A stretch of 62,155 nucleotides of DNA, filler included, from Sphacelaria rigidula (lineage: Eukaryota), in NCBI GenBank assembly GCA_964200075.2. It is 11 parts of 11 records of this genome, joined end to end, with 100 filler letters (N's around TTAATTAATTAA, not from the genome) between each part and the next. Parts side by side here need not be neighbours in the genome. Positions count along the whole stretch, not along the records: positions 22,641 to 28,200 come from CAXNAA020026332.1; positions 28,301 to 33,860 come from CAXNAA020026333.1; positions 33,961 to 39,519 come from CAXNAA020026334.1; 8 more parts are not named here. One strand, given 5' to 3'. Made by a program: the position numbers and the translations under genes. This document shows, piece by piece, positions 24,814-37,520 of the stretch. Positions within the stretch are counted from its first letter, which is position 1; each line of letters starts with the position of its first letter. The notes under the pieces were generated by a model. It ran no database searches. It saw nothing but the letters and a program-made list of their open reading frames with translations, and was not told the DNA's origin.

Positions 24814-26922
24814 TAGGCTTCTACTTTTATGCTTGTAAGGTCAATTTTTCATGCTAGTAATCTCACCAAAAATTATGCTCGTAAAGTGGAATTCATGCTC
24901 GATATATGCTCGCATTTTCGAAAAAGGTATGCTCGATTTTGCTCGTAATATTCAACAAGGATGCCATTTTCGACCAGATACGGACCCACCGATAACTATT
25001 TATTCGTCACATCAGCTCGATATCTCAAACCCGTGGTCACAGAGTGCAAGGAGCATACCACCCACACCCATAAATCACGCAGGCCGCAGAGGAAGGCAAA
25101 CAAAACATCTACACGAAAAAGAGTATACTACTGCATATGCGTGTTCTATATAAACGAAGTACTAGCTGTCTGCATTAGTACGATTGAATGCCGTATTGTC
25201 CCGTTGTCGTACAGCGGACAACGACAAACGAAAAACTGACAATTAATTGATGAATAGTCGTGAGGTTTAATGTCTCGCATGAACCCGATGCCGCTTCGGA
25301 TCAAGCCGAGGTCGCAAGATGGGTACAACCCAGGAAACAAGGTACAAAAAAGGAAACACACGAAGGGGCAGAAATTGGGGAAACACTTGGGTAGATAAGA
25401 AGAGAAAGCACAAAACCAAAACACACGAAAAAAATGGTAAGCCAACATCTGCTGCTGTGCTGCTGTGCTGCGTGCTGTACGCTGTGTACTACAAACTACA
25501 AGGCACCGAGTTCATCGGTACGGGTCGTTATGAAATAATTAAACTCAAATCAGCTATTTTTTCGTTGTTGTCCATGATTCTCGCACGGATTTATCCCTGG
25601 ATTTCTGCGTTGGTGTACACACGTGCGCTACTTAAGCCCCATGTACCGCAGAGAGGTTAAGAAGGTCGAGTTGTTCGGGTTTTTTCCATGCCCAGGTCTG
25701 GCCTGGGCTTTATTTCCCTCGGCCAGCTGGCTTCAGCCCACAACAGTACAATATCTCGATGATATTTTCACAAGCACCATTTCACCATGAAGCAAGCTTA
25801 CGGTACACCTTCGACAGGGGGCGGTGCTCTAGCACACGGGGTCGCACACGCAAGAGAGATACATGTTTACGTTAGCTGTCTCATGTTCGGTGCGTATAGT
25901 GCTTGGTCGTCTTCGCCATTGCATTCCCTAAATACTTTCTGGCCCGGCACCGACTGTATCTTTACCGCAAGATGCGCCAACCCTGGCCAGGCGGTGGGCA
26001 TCGCGTGAGTACTGTCTGTGCAGCACCGATCAACACGAGCCATCCAGAACAAGAGCACGACGGCCAACAGTAGGGACCCAGCAGCATTGATGCTCATATA
26101 CTCTTTTTCTCGGGGTTGTGACGTCCGGGAGCATGAAACAACGCACAATGACGACGATAGCACCGTCTGATCTCATGCCCGGTCCGTATCCAAACCCGCG
26201 GAGGGTACAGGAGGAGGAGCAAGTTGAGCGCGAATGGGAACTGCGACGCCAACGCCGGCCACCGCAATCATACCGCAGGCATGACGACGCTCATAGCGAA
26301 CGTTTGGTACACCAACCCATATACGGAAAGACAAAGCACTCATTGTGAGGCCGCTGTTGTCGTGGATACCATCTCTCCGCAGCACGGTCCTGTACTGCGG
26401 CTGCCGGCTGCAGAAGGCCGGTAAACACAAGTGTGACGGAGTCCATACCAAAATCAATTTTGCGTTGTGAAATGCGTTATGAAACGTAGAGGGACTGGTA
26501 ATAATATAATGAAATCGCTTGAGATTAGTGTTTGCGTTATGAAATTTGGCCCGTAACCATGGGCCCACCGCCGACTTCAAAGTGTACAGTACATTGCACG
26601 TGTTTATGTTTTGTGTCGTGTGCTATAACGAAAACGTTTTTCAGACCTGCGATCGATCAGACTGGCAGTTTGACTGAATAGTTCTAGAGCATATACGTAT
26701 TTCAGACCGGCGGTCGATGATAGCAGAGTTTTTCGCCCAAAGTATCACAGCAGGCCAGCATTTAGATCCGTATTTCCACCCCCACGGTGAAAAATTATGC
26801 TCGACTGTGCTCCTAATGTCGAAATTATGCTCGATTATGCCATTTGCTGAAACGCTATGCTTCTTATGCTACCAAGGTGAAATTATGCCAGAAATTCTGC
26901 TAGCAAAATAAGCAGAAGCCTA
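24814..26922. mobile_element. Candidate TIR element with TAG...CTA ends and clustered TATGCTCG subterminal motifs
   Basis: taggcttctacttttatgct at 24814 pairs with agcaaaataagcagaagccta ending at 26922. Repeated (aaat)tatgctcg at 24870-24946 and 26790-26890. No clean TSD. Confidence 0.5.
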
Positions 26923-27154
26923 AATAGAGAGTTCATTAATGAGACACTAGTTGCTCCCGTCTGAGGTCAGATTATCTTAATAAGGTCTCCCCGTCAGATT
27001 CACCGAACCCCAAACATCTAGTGCACCCACTTCTCCGCCATGCAGCATGCCCGTTTGTCCGAGCACTACTAGATATATTTAGCAACACAAATACCAGCTC
27101 TTCAAGAGTTAGGCAGCCATCTTCCTGCGATATTTTCATTCCTGTACGTATTTG

Positions 27155-27270
27155 CCGCGCCCCGGTGGTGTTTTGGTTCGACTGTCGCCATTAGGGTGGA
27201 GAGAGCGAGGGTTCGATTCCCGATGTGTTGGGTTTTTTCTTCGTAATATCTGATTTCCACCGTGAAAAGC
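27155..27270 (+). mobile_element. tRNA-derived SINE-like head (second copy ~49735-49848, minus strand)
   Basis: Both copies begin gcc(g/a)cgccccggtggtgt (A-box-like), carry a B-box-like g(g/a)ttc(g/a)a(t/a)tcccga and a T-run, then share atctgatt.cca.cgt. No complete cloverleaf. Confidence 0.6.
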
Positions 27271-27409
27271 GTGAGGACGTGAATGAACAAAATAGTCGAC
27301 TGAGCTTGTTTGACGTGAGTTGACGCAGTGAGAGAGTGCTGATAGTCATGATCCAATCCGCGAGACCAAAATGCAAGGCGTGTACCGGGGGAGAGAAGGG
27401 ACGATCTCT

Positions 27410-28200
27410 TGAGACCACGGACTCGTCCCGAGGAAGGGAAGGGGTTCATAGTGCGACAAATATATATATTTATATATACATGTATTTATATACTTTATGC
27501 GAACAACGTATTTGTATGGACGGTACAGTGAACAGGGCAAAGTTGCAACATCTACTCTTCGTTTTGAGTCCGCGGTGATAGTACCACGGGTGTGTACCAG
27601 GGAGGCAAGATTTTCGAAGTTTCTGTTCCACAGAACCATTCTGTAGTCGGACTATCTTTGCAGGATGAAGTATTGCGAGGTTGATTACCCACGTGCCGTT
27701 TCGTCTCTTCTGTTTCAACCTTCCAAGAAGTGTGGAATTAAACAACGAAGTATCGTCGAACAGTACTGAGAATGTATTTTGTGCTGCAACACTTTGACAA
27801 GTTCGTTTCCCTGGTTGAGGGGTTTCCTATGCAGCTTCAGCGTGGATCTGCACGCGCGTTTTCTGTATCTTGTCTCATGTTCCTTATCGACCGGCAACTC
27901 GGCGGCTTGGCGCACGCACAGTAGGTCCATACATTCCAACATGATTTGGGTGACACAGGGAATGGAGTATGACACCTTGACGGGTCGAGTTCTCCCCACC
28001 TCGATTCTTTCCATGGTATCGGCGGCCGCGGGCCCACCCGTACAGATATGTTGCGGTGCTTGAAATAGTTTGTTTGTTTGTACTTCGACTTGTTCACTGA
28101 ACATTTGAAGGTACCGCGTCCACGAGGTGACAGTACTGGACCTTTTTTTTCCCTCACACTTTGAACCCCTCCCCTTCCTCGGGATGAGTCCGTGGTCTCA
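27410..28200. mobile_element. Non-autonomous TIR element; right end runs into the contig edge
   Basis: tgagaccacggactcgtcccgaggaagggaaggggttca (27410-27448) is nearly the reverse complement of 28162-28200. A related sequence lies at ~9764-9790. Confidence 0.75.
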
Positions 28201-28994
28201 NNNNNNNNNNNNNNNNNNNNNNNNNNNNNNNNNNNNNNNNNNNNTTAATTAATTAANNNNNNNNNNNNNNNNNNNNNNNNNNNNNNNNNNNNNNNNNNNN
28301 CGGCCCAATTCGTTTCCAGTGATGAGATATTGCTCTGCCAGGTTAAATCCGTTTCTGGGCTGGCCCAGCTCGTAGTACAAGGTTACAAGCGCTGCCCGCT
28401 GAGCATGTTCTCTATGCGTGTAGCTGTGTTCATGTCAACTATGTGCGTGCTGTTCACCTGCCCTGTCCGAGTACAGGCTGTACTCTGCAAGCACAAATAG
28501 TACAGCAGTGCAAGGTTGCAAGTGTAATGCGTGAGCAGAAAACGGTCAAGCGATAAAAATACAGGGGAAATTCCGATGCAGGTGGACAGCGATCGCCCAC
28601 CTCAACACGCAGCTCAGTCGGTGGATCCTGCCACAAAATTATATGCCCAAGTTTTCGCCTACAAGAAGAAACGCCAAAAGTGTGGTGGTGTCGGTTCAGG
28701 CACACGTTTCACTGTAGTAACGTTGATGTGTGGCGGCTACGACCGCTGCAGTTCGTGTTCTTGTCTTGTTATGTTTGCAATGACGGTAAATGTGGGGTGG
28801 CACCTCGAGGGCGTGTCCTTCCGTAGTAGTACAGCAGCAGCAGCTGGACACTATTAATTTCGCAACAAGAGGAAGCAGCTGATGCATACTGTATATAGTC
28901 CGTGTTCAGGTTCTAAAAAACACAGCAGAATTGCTGTGTTGTGTTGTGTTCAGTGTAATACTCTGTACTTCATATAATGGGATCACGGTTAGGG

Positions 28995-29085
28995 CAGTTT
29001 TTCTAGAGGTTCTGCTTGTTTTTCTGAAAGTTCTGCTTGTTTTAAAAAAAAGTTCTGGTTGGTTCTGAAAATGTATTCTGAAAAA
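28995..29085. repeat. Short ~21-bp tandem repeat
   Basis: gttctgcttgtttttctgaaa-like unit repeated 3-4 times. Confidence 0.7.
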
Positions 29086-30589
29086 AACGAGACAGTTTTC
29101 TGTCACAGAAATCCAATGCCGAATCTGAAATGGCCTGAGACAACAACCAATTTGAAAATTGGAACATGCAAATGTGGGATTTACTGCTGGCTCGGCTCGT
29201 ATTGATACAATCGGGGCACTTCTGTCACACCTCGAGCATGGTCTGAAGTTGCGCTACATGTCATATAGCTCAGCTGCATAACCCTACCGCTACAGAATCG
29301 TACGTGCAAACTATTTTTCATTGGCGAATAGGTACAGTAGTACCAAACAACCAGTGACTCTTCTCATTGAACGCAGTCTCCTTTATTTGTGTCTGTGCAT
29401 AGTTTCCAACAGTGTGCAGCTATTTGACAATGAAAGAGGAGAAAAGACAGCACACAAAGACTGCTCAGGGAGGAAAGTGTGTCCATCTGTTTTGTGCTTC
29501 ATTAGCTGGGTGAGTGGTCGTTGCAAGAATGGCCGAGCATAGCTTGATCCGCTGAGTGGGCGACATTAGACGATTTGTAGCGGACCACATGCATCGGTCG
29601 AGTAATCAAAACTACAGAGTATCAAAATAGTGAATCCATCTCATTCAGGCTCATTGCTCGCAGGCACGCTCGCGTGACCTTCAGTATCACCGCTGGTGGC
29701 GAGGAGTCATCTTGTGTGCAACTCGTCGTTATTTTCACTGAATTCACGAAGTGCTTTGTTGTACGCACGGATTTAAGCATCAGAGTACCCGCCACTGGTT
29801 TTGCTGGTGCAATTATTCTCGCAAACATTATCGTGCCGAGACCTTCTTCGGACATCAGCGACAGGTAAAGAGTGTAGCAACCACAGTACTCACCAGGTTC
29901 GCCGTTGAATACCTTGCGCGACAGCTCATTACCTAGAACAATTGCACACTATAACATTCCTTATCAATGCAAATAGCAGTGATGCAGTCTTGTTCAATGT
30001 CGTCATATACCTGGCATGCCCTCTCGAGACGAATGGGCGTGACATCATGTTCCTTCATAATCATAACTGTCAGAATCTAAACAACCAAACACATGTATTT
30101 ATCAACATCAGCTGTTTCTAAGAAATTTCACTGCTCCAAGCCCTTTACCAACGACCTAATATGATGAAGCTCTATGTCAAAATGTTTTCTTCCAGAATCT
30201 GTTTTTTTATGGCACAAATGAGGATCCTATGTTGTTAATGACAGTAACAGTAGCATTTTCTTGCTTCAGGCTCACTGTGCGAAGCAAGCGCCATAGGTAC
30301 AAAGCCATTGTACGAATTTTTGAAAGAGCAGCAAACTCTGCTCCCAAGCTTGAGATCACAATGATAGTTTATGCTGGGGATTTCCAACTAACTATAATAG
30401 TGCTCCAGAAAGATAGATCACGGTTCCCACAGTCGAATTTCTTCAGCCTTGTCTCCGGCATGTTTTGAGTCCACAAAAATAATAAATTGATCACCGTTGT
30501 CTGAACCCTCGCTGTGCATAAGCCCGAGTGTAGTCGCTCCTCGCAAATGAAACGACGCTCGCTTTAGGTTGACAATCACCCTTGGCCCT

Positions 30590-32250
30590 GGTTAGGCCGT
30601 ACTACTCGCCAACGTTGGGACCGCATGAGTAATAGCAGTGCGTCGACCGTCTCGTCCTTCCTCTTCAATTGAATGGCCCAGCGCATTCGTGTCAGTCGTC
30701 CACAAGCATAGTAATATGTTCACAACCACCATATAACGACGCAGGGTGCTCCCCCCATAAATCTGCGTGAAACGCCGCTAAGCGAGTCTGCGCCCGGGGC
30801 CGATCTGATGGGGGATGAGGCAATTTCTTGCCCTTGCCTGCAGAGCAGATTTGGCAGTCGCGAGGTTTGATACCTTCATCAAAAATTACCTGTTTATTCG
30901 TTATTTCTCAGTTGCTTAAGTGCACGGAAGTTGCAACGACCTAATCGCCGATGCCATAAATGACGTCTGCAATAAAACTATGAGATGAGTGACCTTTCGT
31001 TGTCTCACGCACCAACGGTGGGACAAAAAGGTTGGTCACTCCGGTCGATAGAGTACAGATGTGATATCTAGAGTGCAAGGCTGGAGGTGAAACCAGGTCG
31101 ATTTTCACATCGTTTTCTTGTAGAACACCAACCGAAAATGCGTTCACCACATACTGGGTATGATCAGGATCTCCTGACAGATCCGGACAAGCTGTCCGTG
31201 TTGACGTTTAATGGAAATAATAAGGGTGCCTCGCTCGGTAGCAACCGTTAATCTGCACGAACGTTTGATTGTCACATGAAACCCCGTGGGGTTTACCACC
31301 GACTTGGCAAATTTAGATTACTCAGTGACCGTGTCAGTGACCGTGTTGGCGTTTGCTGTCCAATCGATACACACCTCGTCAATAGGCTTGATGGTCGCAT
31401 TATCGTGAATCAGCGCGAGCACCTTGCGCTACCAGTCGTTCTGCTGTGGTGGCGTCACTTGTAGCATTCGCAGTCAAGCTATTTGAGTTTGGCGTGGTCG
31501 TAGTGGTTGTCGCTGCAACTTCCTCCGTCTGATCATCGACGCATTCGCGTTCGAGGCAAAGGGGGCAATTATCTCACCCACGCTCGAAGGAGCTTCAACA
31601 AGGGTTGCAACGATCTTGCCTGATCATGCCGCTGAATTGACCACGTCCTCACCCTCGTCCTCCTTGACTAGAGCTAGTTTCGCCGTGTTGTCAGGAAACT
31701 GGGAGGAGGAGTTTGTAGCACGAGATTAGTTGTTGATTGTGAGCCCGTGGCCACCACCATTCTGGCCACGAAATCCCCTCGCACCTGGGTGTGCTGTACG
31801 CAGTGCAATTTCAGCCCCATCTTCGCGTGACCCAGCCTGTGCTTTCCCGGAGTATTTTTCACGGAGCTGGAGAGTGTAGCACTCCCGTAACCAATCTATG
31901 GTAACTTACCTATACTCCCTGATCACAAATGAGCCCAGCTTTTCACGGGGAATATTGCGGATCAGACAGTGTCTTGATTAGTGTATGCTCTTCTGGGAAT
32001 GATGACTATATCCAAACATGTCCAGTTCACTATATGAATTCGACGGATTGTGCGAATCGGCGAATCGGTATCATATCTATCCTTGACCGTAACCGTCAGC
32101 TTTGATATTATGTTGTGTAACTCTCGCATCCGAGGCTCACCATCCCGGACATACTCGGTGTCCAGGGCTATCAAGGCAACAGGGCCACCTCCGTAGGACG
32201 TGAATCGCCCTCCTGATACATGAGCAAGAACTATCTTTGCAGACACGCTC
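30590..32250 (-). mobile_element. Ty1/copia LTR-retrotransposon remnant (gag, pre-integrase zinc finger, integrase N-terminus)
   Basis: Minus strand reads LWHRRLGRCN (~30960), DCQICSAGK, FHADLWGEHP..YGGCEHITMLVDD and, after a frameshift, TRMRWAIQLKRKDETVDAL. A gag-like segment lies at 31960-32250. Multiple stops and frameshifts. Confidence 0.88.
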
Positions 32251-32289
32251 ACGTGGCCTTCAGCATTTCACTTGTAGCGAGGGACACTC

Positions 32290-32445
32290 ATGTGATGTTC
32301 CCGTTCTTTTCGTTGATTCACGGGGTGCTTCGTTGTAAGCACCGATCTGAGCATCAAAAGCATCAGCTTCTCATGCTCAGATCCGTCCGTACAACGAAGC
32401 ACTCCGTGACTTCAATGAAAAGAATGATAAGCTGAAGATCACACA
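32290..32445. repeat. ~150-bp stem-loop; its arm is also found unpaired at ~29713-29785
   Basis: cacggggtgcttcgttgta...gatctgagcat pairs with atgctcagatc...tacaacgaagcactccgtg; ttcttttcgttga pairs with tcaatgaaaagaa. Confidence 0.85.
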
Positions 32446-33515
32446 AATCGGCTGATACAACGAAGAGCTCCCACTGCAGACCTGTTGCAACTCATGTTCT
32501 CTAGAGAGAAAGTCTGTGCTTCTGTAACTGTCACGGTTGTCGGGGTGGTTGCCGCTGCGGCTTGCAATAACTTGTGTCGAGAAGACACAATAACCACTGA
32601 GCTACTGAGTCAGCGCTAATTGAGGAGCTCAGTGGCTATTCTGCCATCAAAAGTTCCTGGGAACACGTACGGGTATGGTTGATCTGGGAAGCTTCCTCCC
32701 ACGATCTAGAAACCTGCACCGCTATCCCTCGAAAAAACACCTCCCCACGGATACTCCTAGAATATCGACTCGAGAAGAAGCTGGCGGTTCAAGAGGTGAG
32801 AGGACATCAGTCACTCGTCGAGTGCGTCCTTTGGGTGAATCACTTGACTTTAGTCCAAAGCGGTAGCGCTGGATAACCGGTGCCAGCTCGCCAGGGGTTA
32901 GGCCAACCCACGGACGGGAATAATACATGCAGATTACAAGTAACCAGGGCCATCTGCTCCATCCAGAAGAATGCTTGCACTCAAGTAATATATAGCTGCC
33001 ACCGATCACCACGCCTCACGCTAAACCCTACTAAACTGCGTCCTGCAGTGGTTAGCGGCCTTGCGCTGTACAAGCAGTATACATGCGTGAAAAGGGTACA
33101 GTGCAGCACAGTAGTACGCCGTACAACACTGATGTCGCGTCAAGCAAAAGAGTGGCCGCTTTCGTGTTTCACCGGGTTTTGTCGAGAGTGGGAGCACTTG
33201 AAGGGATAGCCATCGCCAAAGGATGCTGAGGAGCAGTATACTGTCCACGGTTTGGGTAAATACAGTGTACCCTTCTGCGCGGTGCTGTGCTGAGCTGTGT
33301 GTATGGACTAGTAGGTGGGGGTAATGACATGGAAAGTAGCCACATTAGCTCGAAAAGTTGGGCACAATGGGCGAAACAAATGAAACTTGAGGTCTACAAG
33401 AAAGCATCAATAAAACACCCCTACTTCATACACGATATATTTGCACATTTGGTGCTACTAAATGATCAAGGAGACAGATTTTGCGAGTAGAGCTACGAGC
33501 ACTGTAGTAGCTGCT

Positions 33516-33769
33516 GAGTAATGCTACGATAGGAGAGGATAGGGGAGGGGCGGGGGGAATTTGGGACATTCCCTCCACGAGATTCCACCTTAAATCGTCG
33601 TTGAAAGTCGCAATGTTTATTCGAACGCGCGTGTTACCAATAAAACACACTCATTCACACCACGTGGCCCTTTTTTCACCCAACTACAAGGGCACCACGA
33701 ATTGCGTGAGCCCTTGTGTTTCGTGGAATTGAACACCCCTCCCTCCCCCGCCCATCGTGCTCCTACTCC
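33516..33769. mobile_element. Diverged MITE related to 42026-42260
   Basis: Left TIR gagtaatgctacgatagg and shared interior aaatcgtcgttgaaag; the right TIR is decayed. Confidence 0.6.
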
Positions 33770-34398
33770 GTCTCGAAAGGGGTGCGTAATCGAAAAGTAG
33801 GGTGGACGGTATTCAGCGTAGGTTTGGAGAGATAGCAGCAGATGTACATAAGTACAAAGGNNNNNNNNNNNNNNNNNNNNNNNNNNNNNNNNNNNNNNNN
33901 NNNNTTAATTAATTAANNNNNNNNNNNNNNNNNNNNNNNNNNNNNNNNNNNNNNNNNNNNGATGCACCCACATACACCGAAAGATGTAGACTGGTGCCCA
34001 GAATAAATGGGACGACAACACACACACACACATTGGGTCTTTCACGATATCCGTTTCGTCAAATGTATTCACACCCAAGATTCACCCGATCTCTCGAACC
34101 CGTCATGACAGACAGACTCAGGCTCGCCCTTCGAGTGGTATGCTTTCACCACAATAATAGGGGAGATTTTCGAATTGTACGGCGCAAGAGTACTACAGTA
34201 CATGAACAAAACCAAGCATTTCAAGGGTCATCAACAAATCGTCGCTGGTTCGAATCATCAAAATAATAGTAGTCAAATCGTCGCTGGCCTGGTGATGCTC
34301 GACAGAGTTTTTTTTTATTATTATTGACCGCGGATCAACAACGTCGTCTGTGCTATGTCATTTCGCCAGAGTCGCATCTTCATTGATAGATGAGTTCA

Positions 34399-34589
34399 GA
34401 GCAATGCTGCGGTAGGGGTGCACTTTTTGCGCAAAATCTTATCTGGTTCAGGGGCTCCTAACGGTTCTAGATGCACAAGGATATCGGTCAGGGCATCCAC
34501 TTTTGCATGCATAGCACATTATGTTTTGGATGAGGTGAAGGGCTCCTAACCTCAGAATATATTTGTGCACGCCTACTGTAGCATCACTC
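34399..34589. mobile_element. Sola2-like MITE (GAG...CTC ends), copy 2
   Basis: TIR gagcaatgctgcggtaggggtgcac / gtgcacgcctactgtagcatcactc; TSD TTCA on both sides. Confidence 0.88.
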
Positions 34590-36929
34590 TTCAGTTCAGT
34601 GATGATGACCTTCCACCTCCATCCAAAATCCAAGCCATCGCAACTCAGAATAACTGTTTACCGTGAATGAACGGTCTGATGAAACACTTATTAGTTGATG
34701 ATCGACGGGCAGGGTAGTCCATCTGGATCACTTATTCTTTTTTTAGTTGAAATTGATGCCGATTCAACAGATGACCTACTCTCGCCGTCGAAGGTTTTTT
34801 TCTTCAAGTAAAGAAACAACGAACACAAACTGTTTGTACTACTGTTGTACTACTACAACAGGACAATACAATATCTCAGCCAAAATCTGAAAACACGCCT
34901 CATTATCAATTATCTTAAGGCAGGTGAAATTTCGAAATTTCGGGGCCATGAATTACATATGGCACTGCGTTCGATCAGACAACAGAAGACAACAGAAAAG
35001 TCCCTATTTTCTTGGTCAACACCTATCCTCTCCCTACACTCCCATTTATTATCATTGGTCAAACACTCTCCGTGCACCAACCGTCAGAGCGAACAGCACC
35101 ATCTCAACTACCCACCCACAATTGCGTGGGCAGTTCATCAAAGATGTCGCGAGCAGATCCCACGAAGAAGCAGAGGTACTCTTTCCGGGCGATCAGGGGG
35201 AAGCTTCCGTCAACTGGACAGGATGTCAAGTACACGCTACCGCAGATCCAAGAGGTGCGAATGTAGTCTTGACGGGGTGAAGAAACTTGACTAATCATGC
35301 GAAATGGCGATTTGTTTCACATACAATCAGTAAGTGATTTTACTGCATGTGCCTTCCGATCATCTTGTATATTGTACCGAACTCTCTTAGCTTTCCGGTT
35401 GCTGTTGCCTTTTGCAAGTGCGTGGGTGCATTTCCAGAGAGACGGTTCGGTAAAACCAGCAAGCAGCGCCTCCCACCTGAGTAGCACAAGCACTAATGGC
35501 AGCGCGCTGCTCATCACCAGTAAGAAGAGCACTCGTCGATACCTGTCTCTGTACGCTTCCCCCCGTCTTTTGATTCCCTTCCGCCGGTCTAATTTCTCGA
35601 CAGTCTAGAGGTTGGTTGAAAAACAATACGCCGAGAGACGTGCTGTTCGTGTTGTTCACAGCGAGTACCATCTGACCATCGTCTGACCTTCAAAGTCAGG
35701 TAAAGGGCTTAGCGCCAAACAACTCACGAAGCGGAAGCCGCTATTTTATATTCAAGTACGATACAGAAGAGACAGTGACAACTACAAGTACGGTGGACAC
35801 TCTGGACAGGATGCGCTCGGGAGGACCGGCTGCCCTTGAATACCAAAGTGTCTACAAGTATCTCATCTGAACCAAGCACCTCACGGTACCATCACACCCT
35901 GCTGCAGTCGGTCTCCAAACAGCGACGCCAGACGAAGTCTCACAGACACACAATACAGCTGTAGTACTGACTGTACAGCAGTAGGGGACCGAGCGGCAAC
36001 TACAAACTGGCCTGGTGTACTATTTTCTCCCTTGCCTTACACCTTGGCGCATAAGAATTCTCCCCGTGCGGAGTCGTGACTTGTTTGTGTGGGCAGCAAA
36101 GCCGATTTTCTCGATAACAACAGCAATATTTCAACCACGACCACATTTTTCTGGGTAGAACTAGACTCACGTATCTTTTTTCTCGCCGGCGCCATGTCTG
36201 TATTTGCCGTGCACAAGGCATTGCGATGGTGCGGAGAAATACACTTGGTGCGCCGAACGCATATTAGGAACTTCGGGTGGTTTTGCCCCCTTTCTTCACG
36301 ACACATTGATAGAGCGGATTTTTGCTTCACACGAGAGTTGACGCATGGATCAATCCGTCGAGGAGGATGTCAAGCACATCGCACAGCACCGTGCACTGTA
36401 CATTCAGTACAACCGCGGGATTGATGTCGTGGTCGGCACGACAGCACCGCACGGTGTACAGCATATGAGACAGTACAGCACGCCATCCCCTTTACGATTG
36501 GCATCCTCGCATTTCATGTATCTCTGCGACCCCGGAGGGTGTGTGTCTCATCTCGCGGACCGGCATCATATACACTGGAAAAATGGCCGTGCGACTCGTG
36601 TGTTTCTGAAACCTGCAGGTTCAAACCAAGCGAGTGTGAGAAAACGTCACGACTTTCCCCTCGTTTGTCCACAATAATGTACGGTACTGTACCAAGTGTC
36701 AGTCTTCTCGGTGACAGGGTGTACGACGTCGTCATCGCGTTCCAAGATGTTGTGGAGCAGGTTTCGAGAGCATGAAACGTTTCGCTCGGGTTCAGACTTC
36801 ATGGAGACCTCGCCACCTCACAGGGTGAAACCCTTTGACAGGCAGGGTGGCTCACTTGGATTTTCCATTCTTTTTTCAACGACGCCCTCTCAGCGGATTG
36901 ACCTACACTCGTAAACTAGAGGGATTTAT

Positions 36930-37520
36930 TCCAAGGTTGGGTAGAATTTCAAGGTTGTGTTCTGTCAGGCACGGGTACGTTCTGTAGGGTATGAGATTCC
37001 TTACAGAGCTTACAGATGTGTTGCGTACCGGCATGAAAGTCTGACAGAGTTTACAAAAGTGTCGGTTACCGGTACGAAAGTCTTACAGAGGTTACAGAAT
37101 TTGTCGGGTACGGTATGGGAAGCTTACAGAAAAGCGGTACCGGCGATCGGGTAACTCTTTGAGGACATACCCGCCCCTCGTGTTAGGGTAAAGTTTTGCG
37201 CACAAGTCACAAAACTGTCGGGTGAGGGTATGGGAGGCTGACAGAACTCACAGAAATTGTCGGGTAGGGTACGGAGGCTTCACAGAAAACCGTACCCATT
37301 TGGGTATCTCAAGAGCATACCCGTGCCCCCCAGTAACGGTACGGGAGGCTTACAGAACTCACCGAACTGTCGGGTACGGGTATGAAGCTCTACCAAAGAT
37401 TACAGAAATGTCGGGTACGGATATGGAAATCTGACAGCCTACAGAGCTGTCGGATACGGTAAATACCCGGCAAAATACCCCGAGTATACAGAAAACCGTA
37501 CCCTACAAAACAAGACCTTA
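36930..37520 (+). repeat. Degenerate ~41-bp tandem array (GGGTACGGGTATGGGAGGCTTACAGAACTCACAGAA-like); second block 38180-38470
   Basis: The gggtacgg / cttacagaactcaca motifs recur at ~40-bp spacing in two blocks. Confidence 0.85.

Noticed and set aside
27155..27240. Functional tRNA gene (also ~49760-49845)
   Set aside because: A/B-box-like motifs are present but no acceptor or anticodon stems can be built; SINE-like instead.
31962..32252. DEDD exonuclease motif (LIALDTEYV)
   Set aside because: No other exonuclease motifs are present; position and strand fit copia gag.
34920..36830. Patchy coding-like segments (also 12400-13480, 39840-40770, 43480-44520)
   Set aside because: Interrupted by stops and with no recognisable family; no product can be supported without a search.
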